Source of the DNA: Eledone cirrhosa
Taxonomy: Eukaryota
Reading direction: 5' to 3'
Assembly (NCBI GenBank): GCA_964016885.1
Contig: OZ024745.1
Coordinates: 38,378,001 to 38,442,000, forward strand
DNA length: 64,000 nt
In this document: positions 26,198 to 41,054 of the stretch, piece after piece
Numbering within the stretch: position 1 is the first letter of the stretch
Layout: each line of letters starts with the position of its first letter
The notes under the pieces: model-generated
What the model was told of the DNA's origin: nothing
The model's database searches: none
Seen by the model: only the letters and a program-made list of their open reading frames with translations
Position numbers and translations under genes: made by a program

Positions 26198-27485
26198 TTT
26201 AAATAGTTTGAGCTTGAATAAATAAATATTGAAAATCGAAGCGATAAAATATGCAAGAATCAAGATTATACGTTGTACATGTAGTGTACATCACAATAAC
26301 ATTTGATATGATACAACATTTTGCAAAAATAATAAAATAACAACAATAATAAAAAAAATAATTGTAGTAATATCAAATATAATAAACTTGATTAAATGTT
26401 TCTTATTCTGTCGTTCCTCCTTTTATTGCAGTTGGATTTATTGTATATGAAGATGAAGGCAAAGGGGGTGATGATGATGGCGGTATCAATGATCAAGGTG
26501 ACATCGATGATACTAGTAATGTAGCTTATAATGATAATTTTGTAGCAATTGGTAACCTTGGTAAATACAAAAAAAAATCAAAAAAGGAAAGAAGTTAAGG
26601 TAATGAACGAGCATATTAAGATGGCGGCGGAGGTGGTGGTTTCAAGGAAGACGATGATAACACGAGTAGAAAAAAAAACTAGTATTAAGAAGTTGTTTGA
26701 TCGTATGAACGTCAACCTGATGAATTAACGTGGGGGTGGCTGAGTGTTCTTCATACACATAACTTGAAAGTAATTCTCATGCTGAATCAATGTGTGCCAA
26801 GAATGGTACCATTCCTTTGAGGAATTTCACACACATTCCGTCTAGTCAATTTCATTCAGTTTGCTTAGTTCGTCTCGAATCACTTTTAAAGAGAAATGAC
26901 AAGGATGCCATGAATTAAGATCGAACACAAGCCCCCTTAATTGTGAAGCAAACTACTTAACCATGCATTTATTTCTGCGTCATTTGTACACTATAAAACA
27001 TCAAGCAAACTCAATAGATTCCATTATTACCATATTTCTAAGGTGCTTAACATTTTCAAATTATTAGGAAAATAATCAAGAATTTGGAGGGATTTAATAA
27101 TTTATGTAATTCATTATTATTTCTCTGGTCTTTGGAAATTAAATTAACAGAGGTACTCAGTTAAAGCTTTTCGGAGTCATAGTTTAGATAAAATTAAATG
27201 ACATAATACAGACAATTATGTATTATAGAATGTGGGGCACCTTTACGTGTTTTGGTAGGAAAATAGTTGAAAAGAAAGTATAAAAGGAGGGAATTGTGGC
27301 TATTTTGTATATATCTACAAGAAAGCAAAATGTTATGAATGATTGAACTGGTGTATTGGCCGCAATAACAATACAGATATTCCATCAAAGTAAATATACT
27401 TAGGACTACAATTACCGCTATAATTCTACATACCAATAAAGTGAATCCTCGATTGATTCTTAATAACTATAAACACTAAAAAATG

Positions 27486-27516
<31 letters not shown>

Positions 27517-27559
27517 TATTTTGTGCTCTTCGATTTTGATCACACACCACATCCAACTA

Positions 27560-27755
<196 letters not shown>

Positions 27756-27895
27756 AAAGGCCTAGAGCGGATATGCAGGAAAATAGATCTCAGTAACTTA
27801 TAGTATGTAAATTATGTTTACATTTATTTCGAATATAAGCCCTGCAGCGATATCGATGTGTCGAAATATGCATGATGTGAGTATGCATGTATGTA

Positions 27896-27935
<40 letters not shown>

Positions 27936-29319
27936 TGTGTGTGTCTGTGTGTGTGTGTTTGCCTGCGTCTACGTATATATATATATATATATACATACAT
28001 ATATACATGCATGTGTATTACCAATTTCATTTTCAAAATGTTGATGATATTGTTGTTTATCATAATCATTATGTTTGTAGTTATAGTTGTTATCATCATA
28101 ATATTTCTCCTCTTCATTATAATACTCAAGGCCATCTTCATCAGCATCCTCATTGCTTGATTGTTTAAAAACACAGTGAATGCCACATTAGATTTTAATG
28201 AAGAAGCTTTTAATTTAACACGAAAATGAGATTCCAAATCCTTCATGATTGAATGAAATACTGGAGCTTATAACTAAGGAAATAGATATCAGACATCAGA
28301 GATGAACAGACATCAACCTGGACTACTTACAAATAAAGGAAACCTATAGTATGTATGATGTTTGTTTGGAAGCCTCAACAGATAGGTAATCAACAGGTAA
28401 TAAAATTAGGTGGCTGTAGGCAGAAGGAAGAGACATGTTTCTTTCTACATTTCTCTCCTTTCTTCCAGCAACCACCTGATGTTGCTACCTGTAGATTTAC
28501 CCATCTGCATTGGAGAGGCTTCCAAAACGACATGTTTTCATATTCCACAATGATGCAAGCAAATTTAAACACTCTTTACATATATAAATTTAATTTGATT
28601 AAATCACTCAATCACACTTCAAAATATTACTAGACTCTCTAACGTTTCATATTATGAAATCAATTACACACTGATAAAGTGACAAGAGTATACATGGTTA
28701 TAATTTTAACACAGAAATGGGAATTTGTGAAATGTTAAAAAAGGTTTCCATATAGTCTCATGAAAGTACTATTCATGAGATTGTGGTTAATGATACCTAT
28801 ATTAATAGTTTCCAATTCAGACACTAGGCAAGTTATTTGAGTGGAGGGGAAATTATATTGTTCCAAGTAATAATGATGATCAAGATGATGACATTGATGG
28901 AGATGATGATGATGATGATAGAAACTATAACCATTATGTATTTGAAAATGGATTGGATGATTACACCGTCTAACAAAAAAAAAAAATGTTCTCTGTTCCT
29001 GGCTTGTAATCACTTATTTTGTGTCCCAAATACATTAAAAAGGTGCTATTAAAAGTTAAAAGTTTGGGTTTATAAAAATTCTAAGCTATTCACTAGAATT
29101 ATTTGTATGCTGGATTTTACGTTGTATGTAAGTATCGATTTGCTTATGTTAAATGATTTTTTAATATATGTTTCAGGTTAAATTAAAATTATAAAATAAA
29201 GAGTAATACCTAAAGAAAATTATAAAAGTGCAATAAAGTATAAAATTGTTAAAAGGTGGATTAAAAAGATTTATTACTGGAATTTCGCACCCTGAATAAA
29301 GGGTAAGTTGTGTCTTAAG

Positions 29320-30680
29320 CATTCGTCTCCTGGATGAAGCAGTGGAACTTGGTCAAGGAGAAAGTGCAGATGATAAATCAGAGAAGTCGACATGAACCTT
29401 TCTCAGGCTTTCACACTCTTAGGGATGGCTTCTGCTTCTGCCATGACGTGCCTGGACTGTTTGACGTTATTGGGGTGCCGTTTGTGCCTAAGGAGTGGCG
29501 GCTATTTATAGACAGCTCCACCAGAGGTTTGGAGGCTGTCCTCCTTCACAATGGAAACAAGTTCCCGACACTGCCCCTAGCTCATTCAGTCTGTCTGAAG
29601 GAATATTACTACAGTGCAAGCTCTGCAATACAACCAGTACAATTGGGAAATCATTGTAGACTTCAAGATAGTGGCTTTCCTGCTTGGACTCCAAGATGGC
29701 TTTATCACATTCCAATTCTTCCTCTGCCTTTGGGACAGCAGATCCACCTCTGACCACTACAAAAGAAAGAACTGGAAGCAGCGAATATAATTTATAGTTG
29801 GGACTCGGAACGTCATGTGGGAGCCACTGGTTGATCCCAGGATTGTGCTCATGCCGCCACTGTACATTAAATTGGGGTTGTGAAGCAGTTTGTGAAGGCT
29901 CTCAACCAAGAATCAGCCGCTTTTAAGTACCTTCTTGACTTCTTCCCCAAGTTATCTGAGGCCAAAATCAAAGGTGGAATTGTTGTTGGACCTCAGATAA
30001 AGAAGGTGTTTGAGTCTACCGAGTTCCCCAATAAGCTCAATAGGATTGAGAGAACAGCATGGAACTGTTTCAAGGCAGTTGTTAAGGGCTTCCTGGGCAA
30101 CTACAGAGCTGAAAACTACCAGCAACTGGTGCAGGATCTGATAAAGGCTTTTGGCGCCATGGGATGCAGGATGTCTCTTTAATCCATATGCTGGACGCTC
30201 ACCTGGAAACATTCAAGGACAATAAAGGCGCCTACTCAGAAGAACCAGGCGAACGATTCCAGCAAGATGTGAAAGAGATAGAGCGGAGGTACCAGAGCCA
30301 CTACAATGAACAAATGGTGGGGACTATATCTGGGGGCTAGTGAGGGAATGCGACCTGGACTACAACTGCAAATCTAGGAAATCCAGTCATTTCTGACGTG
30401 TATAAGTTGCTTTATAAGTGTTATTTGTTTTTACTTGTTTGCTTTTGATAAGCTTGTGTAATAAAATAAATATATACTCTGTTGATTTAATTATATGAAC
30501 TGATAAATTAAAAAAAAATGTGTTTTATCTTGAAAAATATGAATATTTTGAAATATCAAACTCCTGACCATAAACCCAATCTTCTGATTAAATAATAGTG
30601 TTTTTGTATAAAAATGGGATATACCAAACCAGGAAATGATAATTAAAACCATGGCACAATATATATGTAACAAGGTGTTA
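29320..30680 (+). mobile_element. DNA transposon remnant, Chapaev3/CMC-like transposase pseudogene (coding ~29334-30396)
   Basis: WRLFIDSS, VLLHNGN, LCLWDSR, PPLYIKLG, KQFVKAL, LSEAKIKGG..GPQI, MGCRMSL, YSEE.GERF.QD; several stops and frameshifts; 5' truncated. Confidence 0.8.
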
Positions 30681-32788
30681 TTGGATGACATGATAATGGA
30701 AATATGTTGATTTTCGAATGCCCTGGCCATCTCCGACCACACTTTGTAGCGGTTGATATATCTCTATGGCGTTGTCATCAACAAACTCAATAGTATTGTC
30801 GTTCTACTCTTTTTAATCACCGTGATATTATCATTTTGTTGTTGGCTAATCCCAAATTAACTGTTCTTGAGCAGGCATTTCATCAAAAGCATATTGTACC
30901 TCAACCCAAGTTATCGAATATTTCCTATCAAAAAACTTTAGGACGTGTTGAGATGGAAATGTGGCAGATAATTCTAGCATGTCAAGTGACTAAATAAAGG
31001 CGCATTGTTTTGACGACAATCATGATAACATTGATGATATATATATTAGAGATGGTGGTAAGAATAATGTAGGGAATGATGATGTTGACAATGATGATTA
31101 TGAAGAATTGGATGATTAAGACAAGGATATTGATGTAGATGGATATATCGTATGTGGATATTATGATACATGAGTGCTTTTTATTTTGAGTTGTTAAATA
31201 TAAGTTCACTTTAATACATTCTGCTAATGGTATTGGAATCCATTTTAATGCGTGAACACCGTATTTACTATATTTCTGACCAGTGCAAATGGGCAAATAT
31301 TAAGCATTCATTAGAGTTTCAAATACCATCAACTGATGATCCGAGCCTATGAGAAACTGTAAGTTTTGATGAAAATTTATTTATATGAACATCACTAAAC
31401 CACATTTTCCTTGAAATAAAAAAAATTGTGTTTAAGTATGAAATACATAAACACGTAATTATAATTGTGGTATCGTTTGCTGTTATTTATGTTTTTTTAC
31501 CGACCCCTCCAAAGATGTTATGATTGATTATCACCCCAACTTCTTCCTCTCCGTCCTTTCTTATCCGTTTCATCCTCCTCATTATCATCATTATTACCAT
31601 GACCACCTTCATTCTCCTCGACCACTTCATCATCATCATCAGCATCATCAACATATCCAATGTATAGTCTGTTTCCTCATATCTGTTGTAATTGTTTAAC
31701 TATGGAACAGCTCAGATTTGGCATATTTATGGTGAGAATTATTCTAGGCCATTTTTGGAGAGGATCAGATATTCCAATGTATATTTCCTCATTTAAAACG
31801 AATGGGAGTGTTGGTTAACGTAATTGTCGCTGCAATTATTAGCATGTCGAGAAGACATAGCAAATTCGTCATGTGCTAATTGCAGGGTTTTAGATTCTGC
31901 TGGAGGCTACATTGGAAACAGATAATAATATACTCAGATATGTGGGCTTACACATATTTTCTGTCTACCCAAATATCAGTAACGGTTATATTATCAAGAG
32001 TGCCACGTGATCTGTTTGCACACGATATGAGGTGGTTTGCATCGAAATACATAGACATTTAATCATACCTCCTTTGTCATTCGATTTCCCCCTTGATTGT
32101 ATTGTTAACAATTTCGAATTATTTTTTTATTATTATCATCTAATTAGTGTATTTCTATATTGACCTAAATGTGTGTTTTTGGTATTTGCAGTGATCTTAT
32201 TTTATTTTAGTTTTGTGTTGTTATATTATCTTAAATGTAATATCTATTAAGACAATATCTTGATTATATATATCTTGATTATCTATATATGTATATATGG
32301 TAATGCTTTCATTTACACCTTGTTTGGAAAAAATAAAATAAAGCATGGGGCTTTTGGCATAAATAGGAGCAGGATTGTCGTCCTTAAAATCCATCGTTGG
32401 AGACGAGGGTGGCGGGCCCCTATCATTATGAAGGTAATTTGTGCTTCCAAATATAACACGTTAATTATCTCTTTAATATTTGGTTAGTGCTGCAATTGTC
32501 AGGGATGTATTAGTCTCTAGGATTGATACATCAAATAGGATGCTTTTCATCTACTAAATTCTTTAATAATATTGTCTCGGGCGTTTACTTTAATGTCACC
32601 GTCTCTTTGAATTTTTATGTCACAGTGCAGGAAATCTCTATCATTTTAGTCTCTATTTTGGCTTCCACGAAAAGAAAACAATTTTTGTTTTACTTTATTC
32701 CTATTTTGTTATTATTTGCAATGGTTTTCTCTTATTTTTGGTAGATATTTTTCATTTTTATTTTTAATACTTTATAATAGATGGTTAA

Positions 32789-32970
32789 CACCCTATCACA
32801 CTGTATTTTAGTTGTATAAATGCCATATCACAGTATATTTTGTTGCATAGGACCCATCGCACGCTGTATTTTATTTGTATAAGACCTTTCTCTCGCAGTA
32901 CTTCAGTTGGATATGTTCCCTATCTATCTCTATTTCATTTGTATACGACACATAACTCGCTGTATTCTTC
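32789..32970. repeat. Degenerate ~31-bp minisatellite, ~6 units
   Basis: Recurring cc.atc(a/g)cac.ctgtatttta.ttgtata(a/g)ga. Confidence 0.65.
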
Positions 32971-33089
32971 ATACAATGAATCGTTTCCCGTTAGATTTTC
33001 ATTATGATTATCATTATCATCATTGTTCTTATTAATTTTATTAGTGCAATGAATTGGTTGTATAGCGAGAGAGAGTCAGAGAATGTGAT

Positions 33090-33270
33090 TTGCTGCATAC
33101 ATTTTCGGCCCTTCACTTTCGAAACCCGCCGTGGTCAGCTTTGTCTTTCATCCTTACGGGGTTGATAAATGAAAGTACCAGTCAGGCACTGGAATCGATC
33201 TAATCGATCAACTCCCCCTCCTAAGAAATTGTTGGACTTGTGCCTAAAGTGGAAACAGTCATCATTATTA
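33090..33270 (+). mobile_element. tRNA-derived SINE (diverged)
   Basis: ctttcatccttacggggttgataaatgaaagtaccag core and ggacttgtgcctaaagtggaaac tail. Confidence 0.8.
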
Positions 33271-33349
33271 CTTTGTCACGAAGTATAGATGGAAAATGCA
33301 CCTCAGTATTTAGTCATCTGTTAAGTCTCATGAAGAATATGAAACAGAT

Positions 33350-34760
33350 AATACTTTCCTTGTGATGTGTGCAGTGCTTAGGAAGGCTTATATGTGTATG
33401 ATATCAATTTTGCAAGGAATCCATAACAGCTTTAATGAAGAGTTTTACTGTGATTGTACCCATCACAACTGTTATGTCTTCCACGTTATACTCTCGCATT
33501 CCACCCAGTTTTGTCACTTCCACTTTCAATTCGGAGTACTTGGTAATTTTCCAAACTCTTTATTCACAAAATCCATGTTATTCGCATGGCTATAACTAAG
33601 AAATGACTGAGTTTGTTTATCATAATCAATATAGCAATATCCGATTGGCAATGCCCAATTACTCTACCCGTTTAAAAATTATAATCCCAGAATATGGTTG
33701 CTTTTGTCCTCTATTAACATTTATGGCATAACTTCCAATGATGGTACAAACAACCAATCACGACTGCGTTTGAATTTTTTTTTTTGCGCAGTGCTCTCGC
33801 ATCGACTTATAAGTGGGTTACATTTTCCATATTCTTTTCACATAGTATGCATTTCTGGATGTCAGAGGTTTTATAGTACAATGTCATTAACGTATTCGGT
33901 TCATATGAGAATGGACGCGCTACATCTAACCACTGCAACTGACCAGGTATGTATTGCAATGACTATATTTTTCGCATTTAGGTTGGATTTTAAAGTCATA
34001 CTTACTGTTTTAAAATATGTCTTTCAAGCATTTTCGTTCATTTCTGCATGTATGATATCATCTATTTCTAAAATCTCCAACTACTTATATTCACTATCCT
34101 CTGGTTCTCCTCCGGTTTCTCCCGATGGCAGCCGTAATCTAGTACAAGCAGCCTTCTTCCCTCTTTTCATATTGAAAGCAGATCCTTAGAAAATCTAAGG
34201 TTCCTTACCAATATCACTGCTAAATATTTCGTCTATTTTAACCAAACATCTCTCTGGTTTTCAGACATCACAGTCGGTTTCTGGTCAGGTTTATTGTATT
34301 CTAATTATTTGTCCATACTGAAATCCCATAGGACCTTCAACCGATCGTTTGCTGTCACTATCATTTCTCAGAATGAGGTAATTTGTTTGGTTTGCATAAA
34401 TGCCAGTGAATCTCTTTCCCCGGGATCTGTTCTAGATCTTTCCACTCAGATACAAAGTGAGCTAGCGTTTCCTCTCTCTCTTTCTCTTACTCCATAAATC
34501 CTCCAAAGCGAGCTAGTCTCCTTTTTGTCAATATAGTGTTTCATTCACATATTTCTAAGGGCAGCCAGCAGTATTCCCTCTGTGTCGCTTTCTTAAGGTC
34601 TCCATGTTATTCTTTGTTGTTATTTATTTCTTATACATCATCTGGTCTATTGTTTCCGCCTTCGATGCAGCCATAAGCATTGACTCGTTACTCTCAGACA
34701 ATATTTGTTTAGAGAGCTCCTTTCCATCTGAACACACTCCCCCAATCTGATTAAACCCCT
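33350..34760 (-). mobile_element. Decayed RLE-type (R4/Dong-like) LINE remnant
   Basis: Minus strand reads KITKYSELKVEV, resembling the RLE C-terminus; the rest is highly degenerate. Confidence 0.45.
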
Positions 34761-36179
34761 TTCGTTATTATTATTGTTTTGTAGCATGTAACCTAGATTC
34801 TAATTTTATCTAGGAGGCATGACATCTTTAGTGGGGCAAAGTTAAGCTGATACAAAAACATATTCGGGGATATTTGTGAATACACTTTTTATTCCCAGTT
34901 CTATTCCTAGTATATATGTATATCTTGTATTCCTCTTTCTTTCTTTCTTTCTGACACCGAATGTGTATTATGTATCTATTGTGTGAATATATTTCGACTG
35001 TATACTGTTTGATTTTTTCAAAATAATTTTCTAGGTCCAAGTTGGAGTAATTATAAATGCGAGATATGTTTAGAGAATTCCTTTTTCCGTTTTCGATTCT
35101 GATATATATATAATATATTCTTTCCGTTTTTCATTGTTTTTCTTCCTTCGTTATTCACAGGTTTTGGTATTTTCTCTAAATTTGCTCCATATTCAAAAGA
35201 CATTTACACTGGTCAGATCGTTTCCAACATCACAATCCATGTGCCATGTAAAGTCTGTCAACATTGTATTTTTGTGAAACAAAGAATATGTATTTTTCAG
35301 CAAGTTTTTGCTTTTCCTACATATAGGTCATATGTATACTAGTTGATGATACCTAACTGCATTGCATCTTATAATTATGGCTACACGTAATATGATGACA
35401 TTTCTACTACTCAGATAGATCATTTTAATATTGTATTTGACATTATGTATTCGCATTACAATATCACAATTTATTCTTTTGTATGCACTTTATCCTGTCA
35501 CCTTCTAAACCTTATAAGTAATTCAACCCTTTTTTCTCATCTATTTGTTCGATACATTTACTTGTCAGTAGATCGTTTTTTTTTACCTATCTAAATGTTC
35601 TCTTTGCATTGGAAATGAACCGCACATGAGAATTCCAAATGTCATTCTTATATCTTCATTTTATAATCGTACACCTTTCACCAAATATCATTTTGTTTTT
35701 CCTGAAAAAATTCAACTTAGCCATGTTTTAAATGCAAGTGATGTTTAGTTCACATTCTCCAAATCCATATCCTGCATGTACTGTTCTCAAGATATGGGTT
35801 GTAGGGATCTGACTGATTATAAATAGTAAAAATAATAAGATATCCCCTTGAAATATTCCACTTTTTATCATTTATCGAAAGCTCCCGGGATTCTCACAGT
35901 CTGCTATGTATTTTGACATCGAATGGACTAAACTTTTCCTGAAAAATATTATCATCCTTGCATTATTGTTATTATGAAATTGATATCTCATTCATTGATG
36001 TAATTTAACCGGAAAATTTACCCTAATGAACAACAATCCTCTACCCGCAGCCTATGATTTTCAGGTCTTATCGGAGGATCCTTGCCGTTTTAAGTAGGCA
36101 TGCCCTTTGAGGTTTTCCCAAAATGGAGGACTGTGATAATGTTCTTTGGCAGAAATTGGAAACACTTAAAATATAGCAA

Positions 36180-36602
36180 TTAGTACTCCTATGACGATAG
36201 GCACGAACTTGATTTCATGTTAGTCTAAGATATTTTCCCGTTTGCACTGTATATCCTCGTACCAGTTAATCTTCTACTTTACTTGCACTCTTGTATCAAA
36301 GGGGTAAGCTACATCTACAATCAAGCAAAATCTTTGATCCTTGTCCAAAACCACCTGGTAAGGCTTATTGTGTTCCTAGTCTTCATCTGTTTGTATCCTG
36401 AAATTTCACAGTATCTTCACCGAATCGTTTTCATTCAACGAATCTAGCTTATGGTCATATCATTTCTCAGAATTAGGTAAATACTTCAGTTTGCAAGAAT
36501 CCCAGTGGAATGTATCACTTTTTCTATGATATCATGCCTCCATTCTTTGTATTGTGACTGGACTATGTGTTTACACTTGGATACGATGTGAGCCACAATT
36601 TC

Positions 36603-36682
<80 letters not shown>

Positions 36683-37720
36683 CTCGCTCTCTCCAAATAT
36701 CCTATAGTTTGGGCTAGTCTCCTCCATGTCTATATGATGTTTCATCCACTTAGTTCTAAGGGTTTGATCCTATTCTAGTATCACTCCCTCTGTAACTTTC
36801 TGATGCCTCCCTTTCTTTAACTAGTCCCATGGGTGCGGGTCTTTGAATTCTGTTTTCTTCAAAAAGATCCTATGAATGTCTTATTTGTACAGGCTGTCCT
36901 TCCGCTTTGTTGCTACTTCTTTCTTATTCTATTATCTCCTCCTTCAATGCAGAATTAAGTATTGTCTCGTTATTCTCAGACACATATTTATTAAAACAAC
37001 ACTTCTCCATCTGAACATATCCCTCATCGCATGTAGGCCCTTTTCCATATTCAGATTTCTTTAAGTACAGTCTATAAACATTACCATTTCTTCCTTTATC
37101 CATTTTATTATTCCCGGTCTATATCTGAGAATAAAAACTTCTCTCGTGTTCATGGCGCCGATTGTATTGATGCCATTGGTTTTGAATTGTATTATCTTAT
37201 TTACCCTTCGCAAGTAATATCTCCTCATTTCGGTTTTTATTAGTTCATCTTTTATACCATCGGATTCCGCCCTTCCCACCCCCCAAGATATTTATATCTA
37301 TCATCTGACCCATTCTCTCGGATCTTCTCTAAAACTGGTAAATTCGTCCTGTCACTTTTAGTGTATTCGGCTCTTCTTTACATGGAATTCAGATTTGGAA
37401 ATTCCAAACTTTATTATTAGTTCATTTACAAATTTTATCACGTAGCTGAAAAGCCTTTCCACATCTCCTTCATCATTGTCATATAACTTCAGCTCATCCA
37501 TAAAGAGCAAATGGTTGATTCTCATCCTGTATATTCCTAAGAAACATCGGGATTTTATTTTCTTCTATTTTAGTGAAGGCAACGACAAATAAGCTGTTCG
37601 CTTGAAATATTCTTCGATCTATTTTGACTCCAACTGAGTCTTCCCCTGCTGTTATTTGTCTATCCCAACAGAAATATTAATTTCATCGGTTCAGGAATGT
37701 TATCTGCCTTTTAGTAGTTT
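36180..37720 (-). mobile_element. Decayed R4/Dong-like LINE, interrupted by a microsatellite at ~36600
   Basis: INHLLFMDELKL, YYLRRVNKI..N.IGAMNT..ILRY.PGIIKW, VVLDKDQRFCLIVDVAYPFD. Confidence 0.75.
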
Positions 37721-38299
37721 AGTGTATTTGTAGGTGTTACTATCACTATTATTGTTATTGTTATTGTGATTATTATTGTTGTTGATGTTGTTACGTAAAT
37801 GATTGGAAACTGATATTATCATTGATGGTCTGTTGAAGCTAAGATGTGCAACGTTGTAGAATCATTGTAGCTACCAACCCACATACATTATGAATTTAAA
37901 TTCGAACAAAAATAATCTTACCAACAATCTTCCCTATGGCCCATATGATTCAACAACATGCCCACCTTATTTAGTTACGTCTCTTTAGGTTCAAAGTAAA
38001 TGTAGCCTTTCATTCTTCAAAGATCAGTAAAATGAATTACTAGTTAAATGATTCCGTCGATATAACCAACTTTCCGACTGACCTAAATTACTGGAATTGA
38101 CACTCTGTTAGAAACAATTATTATCGGTATCATTCATGGTGTGGAAAATAATTAAGAGTGACCTTTTTGTTATCATATAGGAGGGGATACTAAACACTAA
38201 CACATAAGGTACGGCGGTTTTCCGATGAAAATGTCCTTTGATTATTTCTTTGTTCAAGCTGAAATACAAGAGAAATTATACGATTGATGGGCGTGGTTA

Positions 38300-39400
38300 T
38301 CAGAGTTACCTTGACGAGATAATGTCTCAATTCTTTCTGTAATGCAGTCCAGCTCTTTCTTCACATATTTCCTGGGGGTTATAATCGTTGTAAAGACAAT
38401 CCTATTATCCTACAGATGGTTATTAGACGGTATAAGCAACCGTCTTGTAGAAGTGTGACGGCCCATCGACAAGGGTAATCAGTCTTAAGAGTATATTCTT
38501 TTAGGAAATGTTGGTAGGAATTGTAGACAATTTGCTAAATTCATTGCCCTAATATACATAGTTTTAATTGGAGCCAACAATATATCAATATTGCCTGAAA
38601 TAGGTCTAACGTGACGAAACTAGCCAGGGTGCACTACTCAAGTGTTCGTTTCCTGCTGATATGTAGGTTTAGGTCCAAGAGTTATTATTATTGGGATTGA
38701 TCTTGCTGAGAGTCGAGTCTATTAGGAATATTCGCTCACCGTTTTCCTTGGGCATAAAAGAGCGAGGAAGTTTTTGGATTGGGATAATTGTTTACTTATT
38801 AACAATTGTTTTTTCACTTTATAATGAATGTTTGTGGAATACATTTGTTTTTGTTTAGCCTGTTTAAAACTATTCCCGTCCTACTAAGCATGTGCAAGGC
38901 TGTAGGAATTAACAATTTATTTTTGTTGTTATAGAGCCCACATCTAACCGAATCGAGCATATCTTGAATCAAATGACATGCAGATATTACTATCCTGTCG
39001 TATTTTTCTGTCACTGAATTCGTAATCAAATAGGCCTTTCTTTTTAAGAAGTAAAGATGATATTTGATAGAAAATAGTTTATTGTTGCTATCGAAATGTT
39101 TTGCAGCATAGATGCCTCTACATTCGCTGGTTTATTCCATTTTGCTTTCTCTGCAATGATTAATTTGAGTTTTCTGTTCCATGTTAAAATATATTAGTCG
39201 TTATAATATGTAGTGTTAAGTGTAATTTTTCTTTTCTGGGGATCAGTACTGAAGTCTAAAACACCAACCGGGATTCACTTTGCATATCATCGAACCAGCG
39301 TCGATAATTATACTGAAGTGGATTCATTCGATGAAAAATAAACTTATATAGAAGCATCTAGCTATGTTAACATTCCATCAGGTCCGATTCCATACTCAAT
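38300..39400 (-). mobile_element. Possible decayed PLE RT remnant
   Basis: Minus strand RPISGNIDILLAPIK is weakly similar to the PLE RT region. Confidence 0.3.
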
Positions 39401-39563
39401 ACTATCATAAAGCAACCGTCGGTGATCGTGATATTCTGTCCGGTAGAAAGCCAAGGATTTTGAGGAAGAATGGCGACAGCTACATTATTGTCTCGACCCC
39501 GGAATGATTAAAAGCAAAGTATATCTTAAAATATATACATTTACACACACACACACACATATA

Positions 39564-39638
<75 letters not shown>

Positions 39639-39661
39639 TTATATATATATATATATATATG

Positions 39662-39692
<31 letters not shown>

Positions 39693-39711
39693 GCTTATAT
39701 ATATATATATG

Positions 39712-39792
<81 letters not shown>

Positions 39793-39794
39793 CA

Positions 39795-40063
39795 CAATGG
39801 TAGCAACGGGACCTTGTTGTATATTACTATGCTATAATATTCTAGATCAATATATTGTAATGGGCGCTCTGACTCCACCATGTGTACTTCGGAAACGTTC
39901 AACAGAACTTATCATATATATATATATCATATATATATCATATATATATATTCTGTTGAACGTTTCCGAAGTACACATGGAGGAGTCAGAGCGGCCATTA
40001 CAATATATTGATCTAGATTATTATAGCATAGTAATATACAACAATGTCGCGTTGCTACCATTG
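39795..40063. repeat. Inverted repeat (~113-bp arms) with a (TA)n-like spacer
   Basis: 39795-39908 versus 39951-40063, reverse complements with a few mismatches. Confidence 0.88.
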
Positions 40064-40218
40064 CTTTCCGATCCTGCATTTGGTTTACTTGTGAGTTTAC
40101 CCTCAGCATGCCTGACCAACTTTAAGGCAAATAAAACAAAGATGTCTGCCGTGGTTTGTATGGGATAAGGTCAGCTTTGTTTGTTTTATAATTTCCTGAA
40201 TGAAGGTAAAAACGGTAT

Positions 40219-40310
<92 letters not shown>

Positions 40311-40312
40311 TA

Positions 40313-40349
<37 letters not shown>

Positions 40350-40951
40350 TACATATACATACATAGTTGAAACATGCATATATATGTATGTATATAAACA
40401 TGAAAATGCGAATTTGAAGGTTTTAGCGTCCTTCATTATTTTTATTTGTCCAATAATAGAGGACTGTAAACCTTCATCTTCGCATTTCCATCTTTATTAA
40501 TATACTCCCTCACACTTGGCGTTGGGAGTTTGGCGTTGAGTGGTAGAAGTGTATACCGAATATATATGTATATGTAAGTGTGTGTATGTGGATGTGTGTG
40601 TGCCTGTGTTTGTGTCATGAGGAGTTCTTCCAAACAGGTTAAATTGAAAAGATATACTTCACAAGCAAAGCCAGTTATATTATTAACTGGCACACTTCAA
40701 CATTTGAGAAATCTTCAACCAGCCGTTCAGGATTTCCTATAATATATAACATTTATTAAGCAATTACGACCGCTGGCCTGTTTGCTACTACTATGGCCAT
40801 TTTAACTGTAAAAATGGAGCCGTAAATGCTTTGGAACGTTAATATACACATGGATTAGGAACGTTGGCTACAAATTAAGCACAGCGAATTGATATGGAAA
40901 TCTAAAAAAATCCTGAATAAACAAAAATGATAATTTCATTATAACCCTGCA

Positions 40952-41054
<103 letters not shown>

